Notes: generated by a model from the sequence alone, not told the origin. Numbered from the stretch's first letter, positions 33,701-45,048 are shown. The stretch: DNA of 64,000 bases from an uncultured delta proteobacterium (GCA_963803975.1 CAWDOY010000025.1:64001-128000); one strand, 5' to 3'. Made by a program: numbers and translations.

Positions 33701-35172
33701 TCACGTAACTCTCTTGAAGTCGATAAAACCCTGCTCCGCGTCAGTATGAACCAGTTGCACGCGCATCCTGTGGCCCACGTCCATTCCTTCGAAGCCATGC
33801 ACCAGTTTCCCTTCAATCGGAGGGTGAAGAAGACGGACCCACGTGCCTTTTGCGGCCGCACCGGTAACGATGGCATCAAACTTTTCCCCGATTCTTGACT
33901 CCAGCAGCAGTGCTGCTGCGGATTTTGCGACCTGCCGTTCGACCTTCTTGGCTGCATCCTCCTCCTCTGTGCAGTGTTTACCGAGCACCTCCAGGCTATC
34001 TTTGTCATAGGGGGTGGGACGCTCAGCCAGCGCAGCCTTCAGCATCCGCTGCGTAATAAGGTCCGGGTAGCGACGGTTAGGGGCTGTGGAATGGGCATAG
34101 TCCCTGACCGCAAGACCAAAGTGCCCCTGGGCAGTGTCTCCGGGAATTTCTGCAACATATTCACCGGGTCCCATGAGTTTGATAATAGAGAGCGAGAGGT
34201 CGGGGAATCTCAGGGGATCGGCTGCTTGCTCCTTACTCAGGAACTCCTCGAGTGCCCGAGAATCTGGATTATCAGGAAGTGTGAACCCGTGTTCCCCGGC
34301 AATATCGACAATTCGTTCCCAGCGTTTTGGTGTTCGAACCACACGGCGCAGAGAAGGAAACTTCTTTTTGAGAGATACCGGGCAGCCACGCCGTTTGCCG
34401 CAATCATGAAATCTTCAATAAGGTCCTTGGCGCGGTTCCTGTTTTCAACTTCGAGTTCACGGATTTCATCGCCATCAAATATCGGCCGTGCCTCAATGGT
34501 TTCAAAACTAAGGGCACCGTTCACATGCCGGAAGTTCTTCATGCTTTGTGCTGCCCGGTCCTGCATACGCAGATTCTCATCAAGTCCCTGGACCGAAGCG
34601 ACAGCCTCGGGCACCATGCCACTCCCTTCCAGCCATGCTCCAACGCTGTTATATGCGAGCTTTGCATGATTGCGGACAATCGCCCGGTATAGATCCGAAC
34701 CCTGCAGGGATCCGTCACTTCCAATCACCATTTCGACGCCAATTGCTAATCGATCCTCATTGAAGTTTAAGGATGTGAGGTTGGTGGAAAGTTTTTCCGG
34801 AAGCATCGGGAATATCGCGGCAGCCGTATATACCGAGGTAGTATTATGAAGAGCGTGATCATCGATTGCTGAGCCCTTCTTAACAAACGAATCCACATCA
34901 GCCACAGCAACAAGAATCTTTATTTTGTCTCCAGGCATTGCCTCGGCAACGGTAAGCTGGTCCAGGTCGCGGGAGTCATCGTTGTCAATGGAAACCCACA
35001 GAAGGTCTCTAAGGTCACGAACCTTTTCTCCATCCATCGTTGCGGGAGCCTGAACTCCGGCAAGTTCGGCGAGTGCCTCGACAGAAAAGTCGGGCAGTAA
35101 TCCTCTCTCAAGCATCGCCCTCCGGGCGATTCTCTGCAGAATAGCACGGTGCTGTTTATCAGTCGCGTTCAT
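33701..35172 (-). CDS. RNB-domain (RNase II/R family) ribonuclease; indel near 34360
   Basis: SIDNDDSRDLDQ, VAVADV, TSVY......PMLP, LIEDFMIAAN, HFGLA...YAHSTAPNRRYPDL. Confidence 0.92.
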
Positions 35173-35708
35173 AGGATATACCTCTTATCTTTGCATACTG
35201 GTTTCAATAGAAAATAAATTCTTATTTTTGTTACATCCAGATGAGGGTTCTCGCTGCACAAAAATAATAATGGAGCGTCCATTCTACATAAGACAAGCAC
35301 ATTATACGGTACTGCAGAACTTGTTTTGGATCAGTTAATACTATCATTTTATGGTGATTAAAAGTCAATCGAAATGAATCCATTGATACCAATATATTGT
35401 GGTGGGCATTAGAGGTAGGAAAGTGTAGACCTTGTATCAGCAGCGAGAGTAGTGAGTCAATTTAAAAACATTGTGGACTTTATCTGGAAAGCGTCAGTGG
35501 CAGTTTAAAAAAATCAAACGCTATCTTGCGACAGATTCTTTATTGACACATAATTCTTCTCATCCTATACTCGCCTCATCTCACAGCGAGTTCCTGTCAA
35601 TAGAACATGCTGCCGGGGATAGTCAGATAAAATTAAAGCCACAAGAATGAGATATTGTTATCAGCAAGGCAGCGTTATCATTTACATAGAAGACAACGGG
35701 AGAACACT

Positions 35709-36723
35709 ATGCGCAGAATGCTGAGGGTGCTGCAATTAATTATGTGTGTTTGTACCATTGTGTCTCTTAGCGCCTGCGTAAAACGCCTGGACACCAGAGT
35801 TGTCATGCATCCCGCTGCGCATGATAAATTTGTAAAAATTAATACTGATGTGCGGGATGTTAATATCCATTACCTCGAGTATCCCGGGGAGGGCGGGGAT
35901 GTTGTTCTGATCCACGGATTTGGATCATCCACATTCACCTGGGAAGCGATGGTTCCAAAACTTCAGAAAATATTTAGAGACCGCCGTAGTCCTGCTCCCC
36001 ATGTGTGGGCTGTTGACATGAAAGGGTTTGGCTGGTCCGACAAGCCGTTTAATGCAAAGTACGACCCTTTTACCTTAACGGAAGACGTGTATGCCTGGAT
36101 GGATAAAATCGGGATTGATAACGCTACGGTAGTGGGCAATTCACTGGGCGGGGCAATTGCCTGGGTACTGGCGCTTGATCATCCTGAAAAAGTCGGGCGG
36201 CTGGTGCTGATTGACGCGGGCGGCTATCCGCCGGACAAAAACAATTTTGCCTCATTTGCATGGGTTCCATTTACGGATTTCTGGGTAAACCTTTGTTTTT
36301 AACCGCGGGCTGGTAAGATGGGGCCTGCATAAAGCTTTCTACGATGCAGGGAAAATAACCGACACCAGGATTGACGCATATTTTAACCGGCTGCGAACCA
36401 GAGGCGGCATTGATTCGCTGGTGGCAGCGGCAACATCTCTTGATCCGAAATTGGCACTGACGTATGCAGGACGCATCCATGACATTAAACAGGAAACCCT
36501 CATTATATGGGGAAGAAATGACAACTGGATTCCCCTGAAAGATGGATGCCGGTTTAATCACGATATAAAAAGATCAACGCTGGTTGTCATTCCACAGTGC
36601 GGCCATGTGCCTCAGGAGGAAAAGCCGGACGATGTTGCACAGATCCTGTATCAATTTCTTACCGGCACCCTGCACGTGCCGGTTGGCAACCAAGGGAGGA
36701 TTGATAAAGATTACAGGGTATGA
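35709..36723 (+). CDS. Alpha/beta-fold hydrolase, lipoprotein-like N-terminus; indel near 36295
   Basis: LIHGFGSS, D+KGFG.S, GNSLGG nucleophile elbow, IWGRND, GH.PQEE.P. Confidence 0.9.
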
Positions 36724-36781
36724 TTTAGGAACTCAACGTAATTTCTGCCTGTGATACACCAAATTATCGCTGTTCAATGAG

Positions 36782-36810
36782 CGATGCGATACTTCTCCGG
36801 TATCGCATCG
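36782..36810. terminator. Perfect 11-bp hairpin between convergent genes
   Basis: CGATGCGATAC-N7-GTATCGCATCG; no T tail. Confidence 0.4.
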
Positions 36811-36891
36811 TCATGGGAAAAGACCGCAGTGAAGAGTTCGTCTGTCATTGTGATGGCTCCATTTTGACCAGCGTTCAGGTTGAACGGATTT

Positions 36892-37272
36892 TTAAGGAAC
36901 CTCCGTAGTAGAGCATAGCCAGTCTATCGCATCCTCATAAGACGTAAATGCATGTATTTGATACCCTCTATTGTGAGAGCATAATTCAAAAAACTTCGCT
37001 TGATCAAAACGTTCACGGGGACAGATAACGGCAGTTTTTCTTCTTAACTTTTCTCCGAAGGTACTAATTTCTTTGGCAAGCTGCCACAGATTTGTTGGCG
37101 ACATAACAGAGTGAGCTTTACGCGTATCGATTATTAGCTGGTAATTATCTTGTGGAACAACAACAGACGCGATTTCCAGGAGTATTCTTTTTGATTCTTC
37201 AAAATCCAATTCTCCTTCAGGCGTTGCCTTAAGAAAGTCCTGGGCGTGGATGATCCTTATTGTTGCGGCCAT
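36892..37272 (-). CDS. Hypothetical protein, STAS/SpoIIAA-like
   Basis: +IDTRKA...., K.AV+......A.FFE....NRG+.+..F.SYE.A+.WL. Confidence 0.65.
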   Translation of the reverse strand: MAATIRIIHAQDFLKATPEGELDFEESKRILLEIASVVVPQDNYQLIIDTRKAHSVMSPTNLWQLAKEISTFGEKLRRKTAVICPRERFDQAKFFELCSHNRGYQIHAFTSYEDAIDWLCSTTEVP

Positions 37273-37438
37273 ACTTCGACCTCCCTTCATGTCGGTAATG
37301 ATCCACCTCCAGCGGCGGTGGCAGTATTTCAATCCTGCATAGGTTTTACCTCCAGGCCCTCTTGCAGGGTTTTTCCATGAGGTAAAACCTGTTTTATCCG
37401 TATGCTTATTGAAACGCTCTAAGCCTTGCGAACCGCCT

Positions 37439-37657
37439 TTATTTCCGGGGCGGATCTTCTGATTTTATCTCTTCACCCCGAATCTTTTTCTCAAGGTTTT
37501 CCAGAATATCCGCTGTCTTGCTTCTGAGTGTTTCCGTCGTGACGCCGAGATCTTCAACTTTGCGCTTCATCTCTTCGATTGATCCTCCGCTTTTTGTGTA
37601 TGCAAGATATGCAAGTATCAGCGCTACTATTGAAATAATGAGTGATAGTACAATCAT
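37439..37657 (-). CDS. Small membrane-anchored coiled-coil protein
   Basis: N-terminal TM helix then charged helix; RBS AAGGGG. Confidence 0.6.
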   Translation of the reverse strand: MIVLSLIISIVALILAYLAYTKSGGSIEEMKRKVEDLGVTTETLRSKTADILENLEKKIRGEEIKSEDPPRK

Positions 37658-37699
37658 GATTACCCCTTTCTTAAAAATAATTTACTGAAACGATTTTAT

Positions 37700-37921
37700 T
37701 TACCCTTCTTTTGCCTTGTTGCTCTTCCTGCGTGCAGTAAGAAGTGAAAGTGAAAGACCGATAATAATGCCGGTAAAGAGTACTATCAGCAGCATGAGAC
37801 AAGCAGACATGGAAACAGACCAGAACAGAAATTTCAGCTGCAAAACAGCCGTATTCTGGTAAATAAAAACTGCAGCAAGCGCAAGCAGCACTACCGTGCA
37901 GCTGATTTTGAAAGTACGCAT
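37700..37921 (-). CDS. LapA/DUF1049-family small membrane protein
   Basis: F+.QN...+.+.FL.W pattern between two TM helices. Confidence 0.8.
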   Translation of the reverse strand: MRTFKISCTVVLLALAAVFIYQNTAVLQLKFLFWSVSMSACLMLLIVLFTGIIIGLSLSLLTARRKSNKAKEG

Positions 37922-37948
37922 ACTAGTGTTCCTCTGCTTTTTTTACCC

Positions 37949-39194
37949 TTATTCAAGGTTTCTCAAGAAGGACGCTAAATCCAAATAAAACTTCTTCAGC
38001 TTTTTAACTTGCCAGGGGAAAGTTATAACTGCCTTTCCGGTAATCTCGCCATGATCCCATTTCAACTTACCCAGGTAAGTTCCACACCCCTTTTTGCGGC
38101 GTCCCTTTGTACATGCGGACACCGTCACTGCAGCCTAATTGTGGCGCTATCATGGAAATGGTGTTAACCCCGCCGTCATTTTCCCGCCAGCCGTCACCAA
38201 GCCCGAACGGATCACCCGGGAGAGAATTCCCATGAAAAACGCATTTGATCTTAATTTTGGATTTATGGTGAGATCCGGCAAATAGATCTGCTTTCCCACG
38301 GGAAAGGTTTTTTCGTTTTCATAGGAAAAGTAGTAAGCATCCGGATCAACGGTTGAAAAGTTTACCGTGCTATTGAGCTCCTGTGCCCCTGCAATTGATA
38401 TGTCCCAGGTGCAGATATCTTTTGTATCGCCCAGGGTGTTAAATGCCCTGTTCATATAATCATTGAAGCTTTCATTTTCCTCTCTTTTAAGTCCCCACTG
38501 CTCAAGTTCAAAGCTATACAGCTGCCCTGGAGTAATATCACCTTGCGGGTTTATTCCGGCAAGTGTCATCAGTGATGTCACTATCGTGACCTTGTCGCTA
38601 AGAATGTCAGACAGTGTAGTGCCGTTATGCGGTGCAGACAAGGTAGTGATGCTTTTTATCCAGCCATTGCCAGGGGTAAACGGTTTGTCATCTTTATCTC
38701 TCAGTATATTGCGAAACCGGGGGTCCTGTCCTGACAGCAGTGCTGAGAGCACCCGGATGGTCTGCCCACCCATGCTATGGCCGACTAAATGCATCGGGTG
38801 GTCTGCATCCCATTGCGGGTAAAGCGGATGATCATAATGTTTTCCTGCCGGCCGCTGGAGGTGACCAAACTGCTTTGCTGTGTTCAAGCCCAAAGTCGAC
38901 CTGTCCGCCTTTAATCTCATAGTAGAGCTCTATTGCGCGATCCCAGTTGCTTGAAAGAGCCCCGACATTGGAAACATAGACCTCATAGCCGTTTTCTTCT
39001 AAAAACTCTTGCAGGTTAGTTTTACCTCCCCAGTAGTAGTTGCCGGCGAGTTGCTCCGAGCCCCAGCCGCCAAGGCCGTGTACCAGAATGATCGGGCAAT
39101 GGGGTTGCGTATCCAGAACTGGTTCTGCCCATAAGGATTGACAGCATGTAATAGGGAATAACAGAAGCATGAGAATGAGGACTGTTTTTTTCAT
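37949..39194 (-). CDS. Secreted lipase (Geobacillus/Staphylococcus-type family); indels
   Basis: PIILVHG..GWG, YWGG, G.LSSNWDRAIEL, HLVGHSMGGQT, +TT+S.PHNGT, END-G and WDH near C-terminus. Confidence 0.9.
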
Positions 39195-39593
39195 TTGGTT
39201 TCACATTACAGAAAAAGGAGATTTGTTTTTAAAGAAAAGGCGTCAGTTGTTTTTTTATTCTGCTCCAGGCCTTCATCGAATTTGTAGTTCCCGTTTTCTC
39301 AGCCCTGCCCGCTGCGCTCATTGAGGGTGTAGTCATCCTGCTTTAGATGCGTGCCATGCCGTTCTCTGTTTGCATCACTGTTGATTATATCCTCATGATC
39401 ATGATGCTGGCAGGTAATGCCCGTCGTATGGGCCATCTCTGTCAAACCTTAAAAAACAGGAGCTTGTTAAAAGCAGAAGAAAACAAAAAACATACGGCAA
39501 AATACTAAAGGAGTTTTTTTACATATGTAATCAGGGGTATTCGTTTCAATGAACACTCAAAAAGCTTTGTATTCATCGTATCCTTGGTTGCGG

Positions 39594-40448
39594 TCATTCA
39601 TCAATGCACAGATATTTTGTCCAAGATACTCGGTTCTGCTGGATGTTATGCAACCGGTCCATTTTCATTGCGGAATTTTCTGGACATGCAGGCTGCGCGG
39701 TCTCTGGCATGCCCCCGTGTTCTTTTTCCCCTTGTTGCTGTTGAGGTTTCTGGCCATCATGCTGCTGAGGTTTCTGGCCATTTTGTTTTTTCTGTTTTTG
39801 GCTATTTTGCTTTTGCTGTTTCTGGGCAGCTGGCTGCTGGTGCTGCGGTTTCTGGACATTATGCTGTTGCGGAGTCTGGACATCCCTCTGCTGACACCCT
39901 TGCTCTTGCTGGTGCTGAGGAGTCTGAACACCCTGCTGGTGACGATCCCTCTCAATACGATTATACCGTTCTCGCCTTGTATCATCCCTTCTCTCATGCT
40001 GATACCAGTCATAACTGTCCCAATGCCGTCCTCGATCCCATGACTGCCAGTTGCTGTGGAAATCATCGTAGTGTATCCGGTGATATCCGGATGGCACGTA
40101 GTGAATATATTCCGGCGGTAGAACAATGATGACTTGCGGGACGATAGACGTCTCGATATAGTCCCAGCGCTCGTTGTAGTGGGAAGACCGGAACCAGCGG
40201 TCATTATAAAACCTGTACCAGTTGCCACCGTAGAAATAGACTCCATCATAATCCGGCACCATATAGACATAGCTTCTTCCACTGGGAACCACGTAGACAT
40301 CAGGCGGTGCGGCAAATTGCAAAGGCGGAGGTGCAACGATGTTAATGTTGACCTGCACCTGTGCCGACGCCTGTTTCGTCCCCCCGAGGCCAAACAAGGC
40401 CCCGAAAAGAACGACTAATCCCAATACACTGCACATACTTTTTTTCAT
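39594..40448 (-). CDS. Exported protein with Tyr/Trp-rich domain and Gln-rich repeat tail
   Basis: Signal peptide, V.VNINI..PPPL.FAAPP, +YFY.G.WYR....WFRS; 8-aa Q-rich repeats; true stop uncertain. Confidence 0.7.
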   Translation of the reverse strand: MKKSMCSVLGLVVLFGALFGLGGTKQASAQVQVNINIVAPPPLQFAAPPDVYVVPSGRSYVYMVPDYDGVYFYGGNWYRFYNDRWFRSSHYNERWDYIETSIVPQVIIVLPPEYIHYVPSGYHRIHYDDFHSNWQSWDRGRHWDSYDWYQHERRDDTRRERYNRIERDRHQQGVQTPQHQQEQGCQQRDVQTPQQHNVQKPQHQQPAAQKQQKQNSQKQKKQNGQKPQQHDGQKPQQQQGEKEHGGMPETAQPACPENSAMKMDRLHNIQQNRVSWTKYLCIDE

Positions 40449-40588
40449 TTTCTAACTCCCTTGCGGCCGAAGGCCGCATTACTACGACTTTTCCCATCAA
40501 AGAATCCACCCTACCCACTGGCAGTGTTTAATCTTCGTTTTGGCTTTGATGGGTATACTCTAATCTTCTCAACCTTATCGACCCATTC

Positions 40589-40816
40589 CTACTTTTTATG
40601 CTCGCCGACTATGTAGCCTGCGACCCCGCCTACGGCAGCACCGGCCGCTGCGCCAACAAGAGGGCTTCCTCCAACGGCTGCGCCAAGTACTGCCCCGCCG
40701 ACAGCGCCAATGCCTGCCCCGCTAAGAGTCGTTTGTTGTGTTCTGGACATGCCAGAACACCCGACGAACGTAAAAACAAAAACAAGAATAATGAAGACAA
40801 CTGCGATGCGGTTCAT
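40589..40816 (-). CDS. Glycine-zipper small lipoprotein (OsmB-like)
   Basis: Lipobox FVG-C; MS..QQ..LSGAGIGA.GGA.LGA...GAA.GA.+GG. Confidence 0.85.
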   Translation of the reverse strand: MNRIAVVFIILVFVFTFVGCSGMSRTQQTTLSGAGIGAVGGAVLGAAVGGSPLVGAAAGAAVGGVAGYIVGEHKK

Positions 40817-40852
40817 ATCATCTCTCCTTTTTAGCTTATAATGTTGTCAGGG

Positions 40853-41326
40853 CTATTTTTTAAGCGGACGACCAGCGATGCCCGTTTTTATATTTGGTTT
40901 GATCATTTCATCCCAGAGTACACTCGTCACGGGCTTTTCAATCTGATCCGGATGCATCTCGTAGTACTTGTCCACCCGGGCAACAACCTCATTCATTGGC
41001 ATATTAGCCATTCCTTCAACAACCTTTGGGACAAGACTCTCCCGTTTAAGCTCCGGGTACTTTTCCATCAGGTAAAATTCAATTGACACCACATGTCCGA
41101 AACCCCAGATAAAAGCCACCTTGCTATCGTGCGTCATCTTTTGCCAGAGATCCCCTTTTAGAATTGGCATTCCCAGGGAGTCTTGCAACCCTTTTTCAAC
41201 GGCTTTTCTGCCGGCCTTTTGCTCGGAAGTTATCCCTGCAGCCAGCACGTCAAACGAGCAGGCCATGAACGCAAGTAAAGGAACGATAATTACGCAACAT
41301 TTTAAAAATACTTTTTTCATATGCAC
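40853..41326 (-). CDS. Exported hypothetical protein
   Basis: Signal peptide; G..W..M..D.K.AF+WG...+D.YY..HPD....PV..V+W. Confidence 0.7.
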   Translation of the reverse strand: MHMKKVFLKCCVIIVPLLAFMACSFDVLAAGITSEQKAGRKAVEKGLQDSLGMPILKGDLWQKMTHDSKVAFIWGFGHVVSIEFYLMEKYPELKRESLVPKVVEGMANMPMNEVVARVDKYYEMHPDQIEKPVTSVLWDEMIKPNIKTGIAGRPLKK

Positions 41327-41497
41327 TTTCCTGGTTAAAAGTTTATGTATTTACCGGGGAGTCTATTCTCGGCTATCGTTCGCCCAAAATGGATCCCAAC
41401 AGATGTTCAACCTGCCCCAGCGAGTAAGACGCCTGCCCTGCGCATCTGCGGAAATATCAGCAGGGCTTTGGCTTGTTGAAGTTTCGGTGAAGCCATT

Positions 41498-41686
41498 TTA
41501 TTGCTTTATCGCTGTATAGCCTTTGCATAGTTGACAAGACTGGTGCATGTTTTTTTGAAATTTATTATGCTCCTGCCGAGTTCTGCACCAGTGTCTCCAC
41601 CCCTCCCAGAACCACATAATTATCAGTCCAATTATCAGTGACCATAGGAGATGCATTGGCTGAAAAAGACCATCAAACATTTTCAT
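41498..41686 (-). pseudogene. TatA/E-like small gene, degenerate or indel-split
   Basis: MFDGLFQPMHLL..L++.L++ then, in a shifted frame, G......G.ELGRSI.NFKK. Confidence 0.45.
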
Positions 41687-41701
41687 TCCTCCGGTTAATT
41701 G

Positions 41702-41902
41702 TTAGTGTTCTTCAGCAGAGGCGATAGGGCTGTTTGCCTGCTTTGGAGTAAATAATAAATTATTACCCCGGTGTTGGGCGCCCTCTTTTTCTTCAAAAAG
41801 CATATATTCATCAAATACGTCACAAACCGGGTTGAAACACAACCTCCCATAAGCTGTGTCTATCAATTCATTATTGCAAACCGGGCATCTATTCTCAAAC
41901 AT
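41702..41902 (-). CDS. Small protein with CPVC...C.NP.C zinc-ribbon-like motif
   Basis: 66-aa ORF with GGGGG RBS and four Cys. Confidence 0.5.
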   Translation of the reverse strand: MFENRCPVCNNELIDTAYGRLCFNPVCDVFDEYMLFEEKEGAQHRGNNLLFTPKQANSPIASAEEH

Positions 41903-42174
41903 ACGTACCCCCTATCCCTTATTTGATCCTGCCATCGGTATAAAGTGATTGGCGAGTCTGAGAAAGAAGACCAACCACGATCAGAACCACTACGAAGTGA
42001 ATTAAATGCATACTGCACCTCCCTGTTCTCTGAGGAATACAGATTTAGGGACAGTTCCGGTTCTGCTCTGTTGAGTACCGTCGATTTCAGATGTACGTTA
42101 ACCGCTATACTTTCAAGCGCTTGGCAGTGTCTGCGGCGACGTGACACCAAACGGGCGCAACCCGTGGCTGCATA

Positions 42175-42330
42175 TTAAATCCGACCCATCAGCAGCAGGA
42201 TGACTAAAATAATAAGGACCAATCCAAGTCCACCGCTGGGATAGTACCCCCATTGCCGGCTATGTGGCCAGGTGGGCAAAGCGCCCAACAGCATTAAAAT
42301 TAAAATGACAAGCAAAATTGTTCCGAGCAT
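42175..42330 (-). CDS. DUF3309 family small membrane protein (51 aa, absent from ORF track)
   Basis: Manual translation MLGTILLVILILMLLGALPTWPHSRQWGYYPSGGLGLVLIILVILLLMGRI*; AGGAGG RBS. Confidence 0.9.
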   Translation of the reverse strand: MLGTILLVILILMLLGALPTWPHSRQWGYYPSGGLGLVLIILVILLLMGRI

Positions 42331-42347
42331 ATCGTTCCTCCTTCTAA

Positions 42348-42498
42348 CAGGTTGTTGAAAAAGTTGTTTTTCCCGGGCTGGTCAAAAATGCACAGTTGCA
42401 AGGCTCCCGAAATCCTCCGGAAGTGAGGCGTACTTCAGGGTACGCCGCAACGACGAAGGATAAGGGAAACGCCTCAGATGGGCGTTTTTCAACAGCCT
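42348..42498. repeat. ~150 bp MITE-like element, copy 2
   Basis: AGGTTGTTGAAAAA...TTTTTCAACAGCCT ends; collinear with 9103-9254. Confidence 0.75.
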
Positions 42499-42546
42499 TC
42501 TAAATAGCGCAATTGGTGACACCGTCTCTTTAAGCGCGAAGCTTCA

Positions 42547-42744
42547 TTACTTGTTCTTTTCCTCGGCTTTCTGTGCGGCATCATCCATTGCATTTTTAGC
42601 TTTATCAACGCTTTCATCAACCTTCTTGCCCGCCTTTTCCATGGTGCCTTCTTCCTTTTGGCAGCCCGAGACGGTGACGAAAAATACCAGAGCAACTATC
42701 ACGGAAAGAATCCCCTTGAGAAATGTTACCATTGATCTTTTCAT
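42547..42744 (-). CDS. Small lipoprotein (EG.MEKAGKK+D type)
   Basis: Lipobox VSG-C, amphipathic charged tail, GGAGG RBS. Confidence 0.8.
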   Translation of the reverse strand: MKRSMVTFLKGILSVIVALVFFVTVSGCQKEEGTMEKAGKKVDESVDKAKNAMDDAAQKAEEKNK

Positions 42745-42811
42745 TGTGACCTCCTTTTTAAGTAACAGTTTATACTGTAACCAACATTATGGGAAACTTC
42801 AGCATGCAGCG

Positions 42812-43387
42812 TTACTTTTTGATCTTCGTGAACTTTGCACCCTTCAGGGAAACGTCAAGCATGAGGCCCTTGGCACCAAAAACAAACGCTACGACCGGGT
42901 CCTTTAATGTAGTGGTGTCGAGCCGCTTGCCGCCGCCTACGTCAATAAGCGCCACGTTGCCGGTTACCCCTACTTCCCAGCCATCGATCTCCTTGAACTG
43001 CCTGAGCGCCTCCTCGGTCATGAAGGCTATGATAATATCCATCTGTTCTGCGCCAGCGGTGAATCCATAGGATCCGCCGACAAGATTATAGTACCCCTTC
43101 GACTTGCCTCCAATTCGAAGTACGCCCTGGCCGTACTCCCCGCCGACAATGAATCCTGCCTTGGTAACGCCGGACATCACCAGGAGCGCTTTCGCGGAAG
43201 AGGTAAGCTCTTTGGCACCATTGACCTCTTTATAGAATCGCTTCAGCGTCTGGTTGGCGTCTGCGTTGATCTCAGCAGCTGTCTTCGCGTACGCATTGTT
43301 GGAAAACGTGCCGAAGGTCGCTATCATTAAGCCGATGAAAATTAACAGTACTGTTTTACCCGAGTTTCTTTTTGCAAATGTTTTCAT
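42812..43387 (-). CDS. YSC84/SYLF-domain lipid-binding protein
   Basis: AKALLV...+.KAGF++GGEYG.G.L, S.G...G, FMT..AL..F, KGLM...SL.G.KFTK. Confidence 0.9.
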   Translation of the reverse strand: MKTFAKRNSGKTVLLIFIGLMIATFGTFSNNAYAKTAAEINADANQTLKRFYKEVNGAKELTSSAKALLVMSGVTKAGFIVGGEYGQGVLRIGGKSKGYYNLVGGSYGFTAGAEQMDIIIAFMTEEALRQFKEIDGWEVGVTGNVALIDVGGGKRLDTTTLKDPVVAFVFGAKGLMLDVSLKGAKFTKIKK

Positions 43388-43528
43388 GGTTTTCTCCTTT
43401 TTAAGTAAAACGTTTTGTTTTAAAAAATTGGTTATTTGAAAAATGAAACGTGTTGCTTTTGACCACTACCTTTCTCCAACCTTCCTGCAACCTCCTTCTA
43501 ATTCAGCCCTTTACTGCCTGAACTGGGT

Positions 43529-44549
43529 CTAAGGGTTGACTCCTTCGTTCAGGATAATAACATCAACCCGCCTGTTCTGCTCTCGTCCTGCCGCGGTATC
43601 ATTGCCGGCCACCGGGGATTCTTCTCCAAACCCCTTGGTTGTAATACGACCCTTGCCGATCCCCTTAGCGACCAGCTTATTGCTCACGGCATTGGCCCGG
43701 TTCAGGGAAAGGTCGAGGTTAGTTCCCTCCGCCCCCGTACTGTCGGTATAGCCCTCGATGAGCACGCTGCGATCAGGGTATTCCCTCATAAAGGCAGCCA
43801 GCCTGTTTATTTCGTTATCAGCCATGGGAGACAGGGTGGCCGTGCCGGTGGCGAACAGCACATCGCCTATCGTCAGGACGATGCCCCGCTCAGTCATCCT
43901 GCCCTTCAGGGCGGCAATCTCTTGCTGCAGCTTATCCGCCTTGTCCGTGGCCTTTTCAGCCTTCTGTGTTTGGGACCAGGCTTCCGCGTTCGACTCTCTG
44001 GGCTGCCGCCTTTGACTCTCTGGCCGCAGCGTTCGACTCCCTGGCCTCCATTCTCGCTATTTGAGCCTCTCGGGTTCGGGACCAGGCTCTCGCGTTCGAC
44101 TCTCTGGCCGCCGCATTTGACTCCCTGGCTTCCGCGTTTGACTCCCTGGCTTCCATCCTCGCTATTTGCTCACGCCCACGCCCCTGAACTACCAACCGTT
44201 CGGTTTCCCTGCTGAGAGCCTTTTTCTCATTTTCTGCCATCTGCTCCTCAGCGGTGGCAACGGCGATCCGGGTTTTCATTTCCGCCAGGTAGGCCAGGTG
44301 ATCCATTTCATCATACTCTCTGGCCTGCTCAGCAGCATCGACAGCCCTGCCGGCATCCATCAGGGGAATCTGGGCATTGATTGCCACATTAGGATTCGCC
44401 CTGGCTTGGGCATACGCTGCTTTGGCGTTCGCCAAATGGTCCCTTGCCATCATTTCCTGCTGGGAGGGGCCGCATCCCGCAAAAATCATTAAGACCGGGA
44501 TGAAAAACCCGAACCCGATTTTAATCACACTGTGTATTTTGTTAGTCAT
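43529..44549 (-). CDS. DUF4398 + repeat coiled-coil + OmpA-like peptidoglycan-binding lipoprotein; indels in repeats
   Basis: Lipobox FAG-C; HLAYLA; TERG+VLT+GDVLF.TG, IEGYTDS.G, LS..RA.AV, GR.QNRRV. Confidence 0.9.
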
Positions 44550-44590
44550 TTTCTGTTCCTCCTTAAAGGGTTGTTATCTTGGATATGCGC

Positions 44591-44974
44591 TCAAGGTCTT
44601 GGCGGCAGGTTCCGGATGTTTTGACGCATCTGTTCAGCGTCCTTTTTTGCTTTCTCGGCTTTAGCCTCGATGCGAGCACAGTCCGCGTCGACCGTCGCTT
44701 TCTCTGCCAAACGGGTGGCCCTCAGGTACTCAGCGTCTGTAAACGCCAGATTAGCCTGCGAGAGTTTATCCTCGGCAGTCCTCAAATCCACGGGGGTGTT
44801 TGTGCTCGCATTGCTTTCCCTGGCGACGCTGATGGCCTTCTCACTCTCGGATATTTTCATGGTTGCGGTGGAAAGGCTGCCGCTGGATGCGCAGCCCACC
44901 GTCAGCAACATGGCGAGGGCCCCCATGAAAAATAAAGGAAAAAACATCTGCCTGTTTGAAGTTTTGTGTTGCAT
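44591..44974 (-). CDS. DUF4398 domain lipoprotein
   Basis: Lipobox VG-C; A+..A....A....P.+L..AE.KL..A...Y..A.RLAE.A.VDA. Confidence 0.85.
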   Translation of the reverse strand: MQHKTSNRQMFFPLFFMGALAMLLTVGCASSGSLSTATMKISESEKAISVARESNASTNTPVDLRTAEDKLSQANLAFTDAEYLRATRLAEKATVDADCARIEAKAEKAKKDAEQMRQNIRNLPPRP

Positions 44975-45048
44975 GTGCTTACTCCTTTCTGCGACTGATT
45001 ACAGTGCACAATTGAAATCTTGTTGATGAATATTCACTTAAATTGTTT

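Noticed and set aside
39549..40129. Leu-rich and Ala/Val-rich plus-strand ORFs
   Set aside because: Antisense shadows of the Gln-rich repeat gene.
41863..42178. Overlapping ORFs 41863-42150 (-) and 41945-42178 (+)
   Set aside because: No RBS, motif or family resemblance. Probably non-coding or an unrecognisable remnant.
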